Shown in pieces: positions 41,295-53,600 of a stretch of 64,000 nt of DNA. Origin of the DNA: Adineta vaga (Eukaryota; Animalia; Rotifera); assembly GCA_021613535.1 (NCBI GenBank), contig CP075494.1, positions 8,990,001-9,054,000 of the forward strand, written 5' to 3'. The notes below the pieces were generated by a model. That model saw nothing but the letters and a program-made list of their open reading frames with translations. It was not told the origin of the DNA and searched no databases. Position 1 is the first letter of the stretch. Every line of letters starts with the position of its first letter. Made by a program: the position numbers and the translations under genes.

Positions 41295-44200
41295 ATGTCG
41301 ACTATTATCGATAGCAGTAAGAAAGAGTCAACTGTTGTTGTACATTTTGATCGTGATTGGAAAGTTAAACAATTAATTAATCAATCTCCTGACGATGACT
41401 ATGTTATAATCAGTTATAATGATGATCATTGGAATACGATTCAATTACCACATCATGATACAATAGATGAGTCATTGACATATTGGTATCGAAAACGATT
41501 CGATTGGAGACATAGACCGGATAATAATCAACAACATATTTATTTAAATTTTACGTCGACAGAAACTGAAGAAAAACAATCGAATAATAAAGTATCTGGA
41601 CTAGATCTATGGTTAAATCAAGTTCATTTATATACTGGTACACTTCCAAAACTGCCCATAGATATAACTCCATATTTATTGACAAATTCTGATAATGTCA
41701 TTGTTATCTGTTCAACACAAGGTTTTCCACTTTCATTATATGCTCGAATTCTTATGCCAAGTGTTTCTGTCGGTCAAGTTAAATATGATGATTATGATGA
41801 AAATAAAACTAAACGAGCACAAAGAACACTTGATTATACAGCTAGTTTCAATGATTCCGATGGTGTTATTGATGTTTTTATTGATTCATTACGAACACCA
41901 CCAAACGATGAAGATTCTGATTGGGTTAATATTTCTGATACGGAAGTAAAGGATGCGAAAGTACCATTGGATATTGGTCATGTTCCACGTCTTGCTATTG
42001 TTATACTTATTGTTGGTACACGTGGTGATGTACAACCATTCATTGCATTAGCAAAGATATTGCTTGCTTTTGGTCATCGTGTACGACTGGCTACACATGA
42101 AACTTTTCGAAAATTCGTTCGTGAAAATGGTCTAGAATTTTATCCATTAGCCGGAGATCCTGCTGATTTAATGTCATTTATGGTTAAAAATGCTGGTATT
42201 GTTCCATCTGTAAGTAGTATTGTAGCTGGTGATGTTGGTAAAAGTCGCCGTATTATTGCAGATATTCTTGCTTCAACGTGGAAAGCTTGTATAGAAGATG
42301 ATGATGAAACAGGCGTGTCATTTGTTGCCGAAGCAATAATCGCTAATCCACCATCCTATGGTCATATACATTGTGCACAAAGATTACAAATTCCACTTCA
42401 TATGATGTTTACTATGCCATGGTCACCAACAACTCAATTTGCACATCCATTCTGTCGAGTTAATTATGATATTGGACCTACAGATCGAATTAATTTATTA
42501 TCCTATAGTGTTATTGAAATGTTGGTAAGTAAAATAGTTGAAAAGACTAAATCTCTATATAGATATATATATCATAGACATGGTCCGGTATGCGTGACCT
42601 TATCAATGAATTTCGTGAAAAAACACTTCGTCTTACACCATTACATACTCGTGAAGCAGTCCGTGCAATGATTGATGAGCATGTTCCACACACTTATTGT
42701 TGGTCACCATCTCTAGTTGCTAAACCAGCCGATTGGTCAGAATATATAAATGTCTCTGGATTTTTCTTTCTTGATCTGGCAACTAATTATAAACCGTCCG
42801 AAGCTCTCATTCGATTTCTTCAAGCAGGTGATCCACCAATTTATATTGGTTTTGGTTCTATAACAGGACATGATCCACGTCGAATTTTACAAATTGTATT
42901 AGAAGCATTAAAAGCAACTGGTTATCGAGCTTTATTATCTGGTTTAGCCAAAGATGAAGATCAATTGTCACAGAATATTTTTAAAATTGATAATTGTCCA
43001 CATGATTGGTTATTTCAACATGGTAAGATATATTGTTTATTGACACGAGTAAGAATCTAAACGACGATATTTTGTTCTAGTGGCTGCTGTTTGTCATCAT
43101 GGTGGTGCTGGTACGACTGCTGCTGGTCTTCGTGCTGGGAAACCGACGATTATTGTTCCATTTTTTGGTGATCAATTCTTTTGGGGAACAATGATTTGGA
43201 AAAGTGGTGTTGGTCCTGCACCTATTCCAGGCAAACGTTTGAATACAGAAGAATTAATTGAAGCATTCAAATTAGTACATCAAGCAGATACACGTGAAGC
43301 TGCAGAAAAATTACGTATTGCATTTGAACATGAAAATGGTTGTGAAAATGCTGTTCAATTTTTTCATTCAAATTTACCATTAAGAAAAATGCGTAGTGAT
43401 CTTGAACCATCATTTGCTGCTTGTTACAATTTAAAAGATTATAGTTTACAAATTTCACGTCCTGTTGCACAAGTACTTGTAGCAGGTGGAGCCATTGAAG
43501 AATCAGAACTGAGTGTACATTCAACATGTAGTTGGAAAAAACTATCCGATGATGATCGTCCACATTTTCCTACTCGTGGAATAATGAAACATGGACAAAA
43601 AGCATTCAATTATTTAGTTATCGATAGACTAAAAGATGTCAAACGGGCATTTCATTCAAATAATCGACTTGAGGATGCACGTGATGGCGCAGAAGGTTTT
43701 GTCAAAGGTGTAGGAAAAGGTATTGGACATGCATCCATTGGTTGTCTGTCATTTTATGGTGATGTTACTGATGCGTTACAACGTTTACCAAAATTGTATG
43801 ATCCATATTCGGATGATGATCAACGTAAACGACCAGAAGTCGGTGATTTTCAATCAGGTGCAAAAGCTGCTGGAAATGCTGTATGGCATGGATTTAAAGA
43901 TGGTGTTACTGATATAGTAAATAAACCTCGAACAGGTTTTCAACGTGATGGGATAGTTGGTGGAGCGAGAGGTGCATTTGTGGCATTACCAAACGCTGTG
44001 ATAAAACCTATCGCTGGTACACTTGCATCACTAACATGGTTAAGTCGAGGTGTTTATGCTGAAGCAAAAAATGTAACACATCGTAGAAATCGAAGTTTTG
44101 ATCAACGAATATCAGTGACAAATACGAATGGTAATCGACCATCCTCGAATTATTTACCATTCGATTATGATGATACATTACCAGAAAGTCGAGCTTCGTA

Positions 44201-44378
44201 TGCATCAGGTTTAAATATCGACATATGTAAAGAGATTTTAAATGAATTTGAAAAAATCAAATTTGAACGAATGCCACTTCAACAAGAATATCTCGATGAA
44301 AAAAGTCAGAAAAAAGAAAAGAAAAACAAGAAAATCTTTCAAAGACAACGTAGCCATTCAACTTCAACATATCTTTAA
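41295..44378 (+). CDS. Sterol 3-beta-glucosyltransferase (UGT80/UGT51-like, GT1) with extra N- and C-terminal domains; introns 42525-42577 and 43023-43080
   Basis: IVGTRGDVQPFIAL, GHRVRLATH, AIIANPPSYGHIHCA, PPIYIGFGS, CPHDWLF and VCHHGGAGTTAAGLRAGKPTIIVPFFGDQFFWG. Confidence 0.92.
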
Positions 44379-44622
44379 TTTTGTTTTGTACTTTATACAG
44401 ATAGTTTAATATATCAATAAATATTTCAATGAATGATTGTTATAATCAATAATTTCAAAGGAATTTTTTCTGTAAGTAAATCACTGAATAAATGCAAACA
44501 ATCTATATTTTTAGTTACTTAAAAAAGCCAAAGTCATAGATTGCATGTATACATATATATATATATATCTGTCAACTACAAAAGAAAATAAAGATGAAAT
44601 GTTTATTTCTTGTTGTGAAAAA

Positions 44623-44876
44623 TTAGTCATCGAGGTTATCACAACAACATATAACACACCAAGCATGAATCACTCCAGGGACCTTGAGAAAAGAAAAACA
44701 TCATTCATTCTTGTTTTCTAATAGAAAGAATAGATATTTACCCATGCAAGTAGTGTCAAAAGAATATTGACAGATACAGTACAACTACAAACTTTATTTC
44801 TAGCAATCCATACAGCTAAAGGTGGAATAAAAATGCTCAAGATTAATAACAGTAATTTTGCACACATATCTCCCAT
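44623..44876 (-). CDS. PMP3/RCI2/YqaE (UPF0057) small hydrophobic membrane peptide, 64 aa; intron 44683-44741; absent from the ORF track
   Basis: Spliced translation MGDMCAKLLLLILSIFIPPLAVWIARNKVCSCTVSVNILLTLLAW|VPGVIHAWCVICCCDNLDD*. It carries the family motifs IxxPPLAV, NILLTLL and PGxIHA. Confidence 0.9.
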
Positions 44877-45351
44877 AGTTGCTCAAGTTCAACAAATTAG
44901 ATGAATAAGACATCTTCTCGTTTTTCTTTTTCTTTATATTGTGAGCTTTTCCCATTTCTCTCGTCAACCGTCATAGAGGAAAAAGAAGACGAAGATTGTC
45001 GATGATTCAGCTTTTTTTCTACTCGATGACGAGATGAATTCCAGAATGGTGGTACATTGGAAAAGGACGAACAGAATGTCTTCAATCGTAAAAATATTTT
45101 TAGACAATAAGGAAAAAAAAGACTTCTATGTCTCTGAGTTATATATGTAATTAAAATTTGTCTTTGTTATTTTTTTTTATTCTTTTTGAAGCGTGCATAA
45201 CGTTATATGTAGAGAGAGGGAGAGAGAAAGATATAAATAGAACAATAAACAAGTGTGTATGTAAATTCTCAAGCCAAATAAAAAATAAGCTGAAACAATG
45301 CGTACAATTTGAGAACGAGAATAAAACAAGAAAACGAAGTGATCGAAACGA

Positions 45352-48095
45352 TCATTCACAAGCTAATTTGCCATCGAAAGATGATAATGCAATACCAAAT
45401 GCTTGAACAGCACATAACGGATACTTATAATCGCAAGTAAAGACATCTAGAATGAAAATGAAAGTATAACAAAATATCCAATTCAAATCGACGACTTTTA
45501 CACTTAAACTACAGTAAACTATTTTTACTTCCGTTAAAACTTGCTAGGTCATATAATACTATGATCTATATTAAGATTCAATTTCTATGCACTCATATAT
45601 ATCTAGGTAATTAGTTTTTTTGCTGTCATCTTACAGTCAACTAAGATTATAAATGTGTTCGTGATAATGCCACTTAAGCGTATTCTTCTATAATATCACG
45701 AAACATATTAATTCACGGAAAAGAGTTCTTCCTACACTTGATACTACTTTCTAGATTCTATAAATTCACATGAAATCTTTCTATAGTAAATGTTAAAAGT
45801 ACTACTACTTTTCAATTTTGATATTTTTTAATAATTCTATTATCAATCCATTTCTGTCTATTTTCAAGATCAAACTTACCATCACTAACTCGTCCAAATT
45901 GCATGCATACATATTCCTCTACAAAGAAATGATTATTTTTCGTCTTGTATTGTAACATACAATAAGTTACTTACGATCGTCATCATGTACAACTTGAAAG
46001 TTTTTTACAGATGCTTGTGTAACACGTCCATGAAAATTGAGTACATACGATTGAGTTTCTGAATAATGAATATGAACGATTTAGAACTAAATGTTTTTGT
46101 CATCAATTTTTACCTTCATTCCAAACAGGTGCTTTGTTATGCAATTCAAGTAGATTATTCATATCATTACGTTTCCATCGTTCAATTAAACTTTCTGATT
46201 CCTTCGAAGAAAAAAAAAAGAATAGAATACTTAAGATAATATCAATATTGTTCATCTTCTTACATTTCTTGGTCGAACTTCTACTCGATGATGATCACTA
46301 CTCATACCGGGAATGATAATTGTCATCTTTCGTGGACCTTTAAAACCAAGAATATTCGTTTCCTAGATGACCAAATCATATATAATTAAAATGATGATTT
46401 CAGAAAAAAATTCATTCCTACATAAGCAATGGCTGCTAATTCCCTTCTTTGTTGTTCGATTGGACTAGATAAAAAGAGCACATGAAAGATAATTATTTTA
46501 TTTTATTATTCTAATGACTATCTACATATTCTTCTTTGGATTTGAGCCTTGATCAAAAACAGTAAAATGCGTGCCTAACATATTTGCTCTAAATATCATT
46601 AGATAAATTGATATTTACGTTGACAAAAAATAATCTACCTTAATTTTCCAATAAATCTTTCACCATCACGTGATAAATCTGTTGCGTCAGTTGAAATCAA
46701 ATAATTCGATGTTGCACTACGTCGACGTTTACGTCCAGCCAAAACAAAGAACTAAATATAATTCGATATTTCTTTTTCTTTCAAAGCTTAATACATACTT
46801 TTTTACTATCACTAGGTCGTTCAATATGCATGTAATATGTTGGAAAAAGACCTTTTTCCATTCCTCGTTTGTCTCGTGTAATACGACATTGAACATCACC
46901 GAGACCATTAGGTGCTGGTGTATAGACAAACTTATCTAAATCTTCTGTAATCATTTCAAATAATGATCGTAAAGCTAAATTTAATGCTGGAGAATTTGGA
47001 TCATTATTATCATCATTATTATTGGCATTTTGTTGATCTAATGTTCCATTATGTTGATGTGAATTTGAAGTCCATGGTCTAATAACAGTTGTTTCCGTTT
47101 CGCCATCTGAATCTGAAGTATGATGAAGAGAATGTTTAGAAATTGGTTCATTTTCAATTTGGGAGATAACATCATCATTAGAATTAGGATCATGATATGA
47201 CATAGATTGAGAAGAACTTCGTTTGAAATGAGAACGACGTTGTTGACGACGAGCTTGCTTAGCAGAGCGTGGATGCTCATCATCATCAATATCGAGATTC
47301 ATGCCATGATAGTCTTTTACTAGAAATGTGTATACAAACAAAAGCATATGACTTATTTGTCAAACATTTATGCAACAATATTCAAAGCACATTTAGGTAC
47401 AAAATAGTTTACATACCATTTCTTTCAGTTCCATCATCAGTACTATGTGTAACAGTTGCATCAGTTAACATTTGTATTGAACCTTTTGTCGCATTGATTG
47501 TTCTGGTTTGTATTGATGAACCGGTAGATGGTCGAGAATCATTGGTACTATTTTTCTAATGATTATAAAAACAAGTCATTTGCTTTGCCGAAGAATAGAA
47601 TAGGAGATATTTGTCTTACCGTATCATTATTATTTTTCCAACGAATAGGATGAAATGGCTGAGTTGATAATGGTACCGAACCATTCAAGGAATTTACTTC
47701 ATCATTATCGGAATAAAATGAAGTATTAACAAATCCTAAATAAAGAATGGATGAGAAAAATACATCAGGTAAACATTTCATTTATAACTGTCAAATGCAG
47801 AATAAGAAAAATCTTTACCTCCGATTACATCGACATGAGATTGATCTGTACGAAGAGGTGTGCGAGTAGTTCGGGCATCTCCTGCACGTTTTGTTAATTC
47901 AGTCTAAATAATAACATATAACTCAATTGAATAAGGAAATAGTCTACTGACTCTTTGATTTATCCGTTTTTGATCGAATTTTTTCGAAATTGATGAATGT
48001 TGATCATCTTCTTCCGAAATTCTAAATTTAAAAAAGAAAACATTTCGTCTTTCGTTCAACAAACTATATTTCGTATACGTACACGCCTGGGACAT
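45352..48095 (-). CDS. Tubby/TULP family protein; multi-exon; 5' end tentative
   Basis: [80 protein letters not shown] and FDGKLACE*. Confidence 0.93.
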
Positions 48096-48620
48096 GTTCA
48101 CCGTTGATCATTGTATTCACAATTGTTCTAATTTCATATATACATAGATCTGTAAAACAATGTTTTAAATATTAAATAACGAATAGATAGTCGTCATGGA
48201 GAAAATGGAAGAGTTTTATTGTTCATTTTATCGTTTTCTTTCTTTCTTTTCTCTTCGTGCATTTCATCTTGGTGATACCAGTAAAATGAGAGAAAATAAG
48301 AACTGAAATATTAAATGTCACGAGAGAACTACAGCATCTCAAATAACAAGATACTCGGTTGATATGAAGAAAAAAAAGAGATGAGATTTTCTTTTTAAAC
48401 ATCAAAATAGACATGCATTTATGATTTAACAGTAAATGAACTGAACTATTAAATAAGTGAAAGAAAGAGAACATCGTTTTTATATATTTTTCTTTCTATC
48501 TCATATCACAATGACTATATTCATTTTTCCTGAGCTTTAAAGCTCTCATTGTCAGACGATATATAATCATGAAAATATTTTCTGCACATTTTTTCTTCTA
48601 CGTCCGGAAAAGAATAAAAA

Positions 48621-48630
48621 AAGGAAGGAA

Positions 48631-48662
<32 letters not shown>

Positions 48663-48664
48663 AA
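48621..48664. repeat. (GGAA)n(GAAA)n compound microsatellite in the Tubby/ZDHHC divergent intergenic region
   Basis: Purine tandem repeat read directly from the sequence. Confidence 0.9.
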
Positions 48665-48963
48665 GAGCGTTCAACTGTTTGATTATTATTATTAAAGAAA
48701 AGGAAGAAAAAAAATTCTCATTTCATATTTATCGATGAATCATCAACCATCGCCTTCGTGGTTACTTAGCAACTCATCCTCAATTGATTAAAAACCATAA
48801 ATGCAATCAATATTTAACAAACTTCGTTTCTTTTTTCAGATGAATGAATTAACAATCGAAATATTGTGCGAAAATTTTCATATTTATTAGGTGTCGCTAG
48901 TAATATTATTTGTGTCAAAGAAAAAAAGTGAGTAGTGCAGACTAAAGAAGAAATAGAATAAAA

Positions 48964-50471
48964 ATGTCGTTAACAAAATTGCTACCTACGACTCATACAA
49001 ATGATGATGAAGACGAGGATGTCGAAGTTGGTTCGTCAGCTGTAAAACTTCATCGTTATACATGCGATACAAATACAGATTGGCCAACAAAAACAACTGA
49101 TATGTCAACATCAGCACCATTGACAACAGATACAACAGGTGTTGTTGTTAAAGATGTTGTACCACGTTCAATGTATTATCATGATCAAAATAATGATGAT
49201 GATTGTTTATGTACATGTGCATGTTGTCGTTGTGAATGTTGTCCAACTGTTTCTGACTGGTGTGTAAGAGATCCTTATGGTTTATCGTGTGGTTTTACAA
49301 CATGGTTTCTATTTGTCTATGCACAATTTGTTATTATTTTTGTTATATTAATACCTAAAAGTCATTCAACTTTATTCAATTTCGTTAATTTAATTATTTT
49401 TCATGCATTGGAAATTCTTGCCGTTTCATCACACTGGCGGACAATGTTTTCAAATCCAGTAGGTTTTATTCAGAAAAAATATTTTTCGACTAGCAAATTA
49501 TTCTTCTAGGGTACGGTTCCATTAAATAATGCAACTCCAGAAAATTTCTTAAAATATTCAAATGGTACCGTTATTTATCGATGTGCTATGTGTCAAAGTA
49601 TCAAACCACCACGAGCCCATCACTGTAGGTACTAAAACGTTAATTATGAATAATTTCTCATGCAAAAAGAAGGATAATTTAATCTGCTTTATATTTTCAG
49701 TGTTTGCAAACGATGTGTAAAACGAATGGATCATCATTGTGTCTTTGTGAATAATTGTGTTGGTCAAAATAATCAAAAATATTTTATTTTATTCACGGTA
49801 AGAAGATAGAAGATGCATCCGATGATATTTATCTATCTTTCTGGAATCTTTTATTACGGATCCCTGGATTTATGAGAGGTATCACCATGTCTCTTTTAAT
49901 GAGGAATAGAAACCCATCATTAATTATATGGGTTTTCAGAGAAAGAAAAAAAAGCATCATTCTATTTCAGTTCTATACGTGTATTATTTCGATCTATGCT
50001 CTTATTCTACTTGGTATTCATGTTACAACTTGTATACAAGCAGATTGGTCTGGTAAGTAAATTGAAATGAACTTTCTCATTTCTCTTTTTCCTCTTTATA
50101 AATTAGTATGTACAACATGGTCACCACCGGCTACAATAATATTCCTAATATTTCTTACCTTTGAAGCTATTTCATTCTCGCTATTTACAGGCATTATGAC
50201 TGGTACACAATTATATTCGATCTATACTGATACAACGGTATGTTCTTTTGTTTTTCAAAGAATAACTTCTTTTTTATGTATTCCTTGTTCTTTTTTCAAG
50301 GGTATTGAATCTTTTAAAGGCGAAGGAGGTCATCGTCGTCGTCATAGTTCATTTATATCTTCATTAAAAGTTGTCTTTGGTTCTCAGGTTGGCTTAGCAT
50401 GGCTCAATCCATTTACTAAACCAGTGAATTTAATAACGCAAAATGATGAACGTGTGACATTTGATGTCTAA
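48964..50471 (+). CDS. DHHC palmitoyltransferase, ZDHHC3/7-like; multi-exon
   Basis: [72 protein letters not shown] and WLNPF. Confidence 0.92.
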
Positions 50472-50695
50472 TTTCAGAATATACTGATAGAGTTGTCTCT
50501 TCTTTTTTCTGTCTTAATAATAAAAACAAAATCAAAATCACAAAACACCATCGAATTAAAACAAGAACAAGCACAACAACAAAACAGAGCGAATTTTTTT
50601 TTCTAGATGCTTTTTTTTTGAAATAATAAATCACGAATACAATATTTATAAATATATATGCATATATGTACGAAGAGATAAGGGCAATGTTTGTC

Positions 50696-53600
50696 TTATT
50701 TATCGTTTCCAATGCTATTTTCGATCTTTTTTAATGCATCAAATATGATACACATGTCACCTTTGAGATCAGATATGATTTGAGCAACATGTTGAGTATT
50801 GGAAACGACTTCAATACTTTGATTATATGGATTATAACGAACAGCAAATGGACGTTTAATAGATAAAGCAAAATCTCTGTAAAAATTGAAATAAAAATGT
50901 TCATTATTGATGAAAAAATAATTTACCTCATTTTTTCTTTAGCTTCAACAAAACTTGCCGAAACAAAATATTGATCTTGATACGTTGTAATTAAACATGT
51001 TGTTTTACAAACGACATCAGGATCAAATGTTAGTTTTTTTGCTTTATCACTCAATGCATGTTGTAATTCAGCACATGATGAAAGTAAACCAGCTCCATAA
51101 GCACGAAGACCATCACTTTGACGACATAAACCAAATTCAATTGTGAAAAAATAACACTAAATTAAAGTTATTCATAGCTATTTTTCGAAATTTCGAATCA
51201 GAATCTTTTCTTCCATATGTGTTATTCAATATTCATTTTTGTTTTCGAATATTTTCATATGTTATTCAAGTCTGATAGTTTCTATTAATGACATATTTTA
51301 AAAAATATTCGACGAGAAGAATAATAAACTGCGTCAGATGTGATTATGCATATTTTTTTTAATGGATTTTCATATGTTTCATTTCTATGTTTAGAACAGA
51401 TTGATTTCATAGTATTTTTATCGCGTAGCAAATGTCAAAGAGAACAAATATTGTCGTTGATCTAAGTCTAATGCACTGATTAGTTTAGAGTGCTATGTAA
51501 AAGCAATGACAGTTAAAGAGTAATCTTACCGTTGCCAAACGATTGATATCCTCTTCCGATGCACCAATAGCAGCCAAGCCAATTTCATGTGAAAATTGAG
51601 CAAAATTTGGATCTGCTAAGAGTGGTACATGACCCAATAATTCATGACAACAATCTCTATGAAACGAAACAAATCATATTTATTTGAAAAGCATAATGTC
51701 AAACGTACGGTTCTGGTGTATATGCTGGATTTGATGAATGTCGAATATATTGTGTGCAATGAAAAACACGAAATGCTAAACCATAGAGAAAATCTCTTGG
51801 TGATAAATATCCAGCAACGGGTCGTAATGTAAATCCAGTGCGTTCACGAAGAAAACGTGATATATCTTCTAATTGTGGAATATTATCCTCTCTAAATACG
51901 GTTTACTGTGATGAAAAGAATAATGAAATGAAATTTCATCTTACCGAAAACCACATTTTTCTCTTAATAATGGCCAATTTGCCAAATATTCATTACATGC
52001 ATGTGTGGGATAGATCTTATTTAGATTACGAAATACCGCACCCCTAAAGAAATTCAATGAAAACAATCTTGAAGTTTTTTACAACTCATCTTACCATGTT
52101 TCTGTTTCTTCTTTTGTATAGTCAACACGAGGAATTTGATCACCACTAAAGAAAATTCATTTCTTTTTAGACCATGAAAAACAATATTCAAAACTTACTG
52201 TTTATATGCAATAGCCACATCATGAAAGTACATACGACGAGCTCGATAAACTTGATCTGTAAAACCCTACAAATAGATTTGAATTTTACATCTTTCTTTC
52301 ACCTTTTTTAGCTTATCAGCTGCCGCACTAATTAGAAACCTAGTGAAACCTCGACAACTATGAATGTATTTTAAAGACAATTCAAATTTTCTTTCGTTAC
52401 ACTACTCTTAGGTTACAATAAACTTTCGTCATGCATTTTCTGGATGTTTCAATACATACTGGATGATCAGCATCAAGATCAGCTCCATATAGAAGTACTT
52501 TATTTGAACATTGATCTAAATCTTCGATACGATGTGGAAACCAAGGTGTTTCTTCGACTTCAACTAAAACGAGATATGAAAAAATTCATTTCTCTTCGAA
52601 ATATATGAGAAAATTTTTTTCCTGAAAAAAATAATAATATGGAACCATTTTTTCAACCTTTTCGTTGTTTTTGTTTTACTGAAGGTCTCTTCGGTTTTAT
52701 CTTCGGTTCTGAATCGCGTTTATGCTTTGAAACTAAATCAATATCACAACTATTTGCTCGTCCATAGTGTGGTTTAAATTCATTGGGATCTAAACTTTCA
52801 TGTACAGATGAGAAAAGTGATTGATTTCTTGGGTTTAATACTGCTGCTGGATACATCCATAAACCATCAGCACGTTTAACAACAATGGGGCCTGTTCTAC
52901 TTGATGTTGATTGATCCGAATATCTTCGACAGAAGGAAAATGATGGTATTTCCTGTTCATCATCTGTACTTAGATTATCATCAATCGAAACAAATGATGA
53001 TTCCATATCCGAACTTGTTGTGTCTATTATAGGCATAATAAAATTTGTGACGGGATTACGAATAAAACCCGTTACTGTTGCTACTGGATTAATGTTCATT
53101 TCAGTTGATGACCATGGTGATGATGATATTGAATCAATTAAAATCATTGGTGTTGATGGATATATCGATGGATTATGAGGACAAGATGTACGTAAACAAC
53201 ATTGATCAGCGAATGACAATGGAGATGTTGATGGTGATGGAATAGATGATGAAACTGAATAGAACTTATTCACAAGATTATGTAATAGAGTTAAATGATC
53301 TTTCAAATGAAGCATTTGTTTAGCAAGATTTGAAATTGAAAATGTTGGTGCTAGATCGAGTTTTTCAAGATTTTGTACACTACGAATCATATGAAGCCAA
53401 TCATTTGTGATAAATACTGGTAAATAAGAAAAGAATTGATTATTATATATCGTTTCCATGATTAATAATATTGCTGTTGTATCGATTAGATTGATTGAAC
53501 ATTGTTGTAAAATATCAAAGACTTCTTGATCTTTATTTAAATCTATCGTCGATAATGTATATTCCAAGCAATGTCGTAAATTATTCAAAGCTTGATTAAT

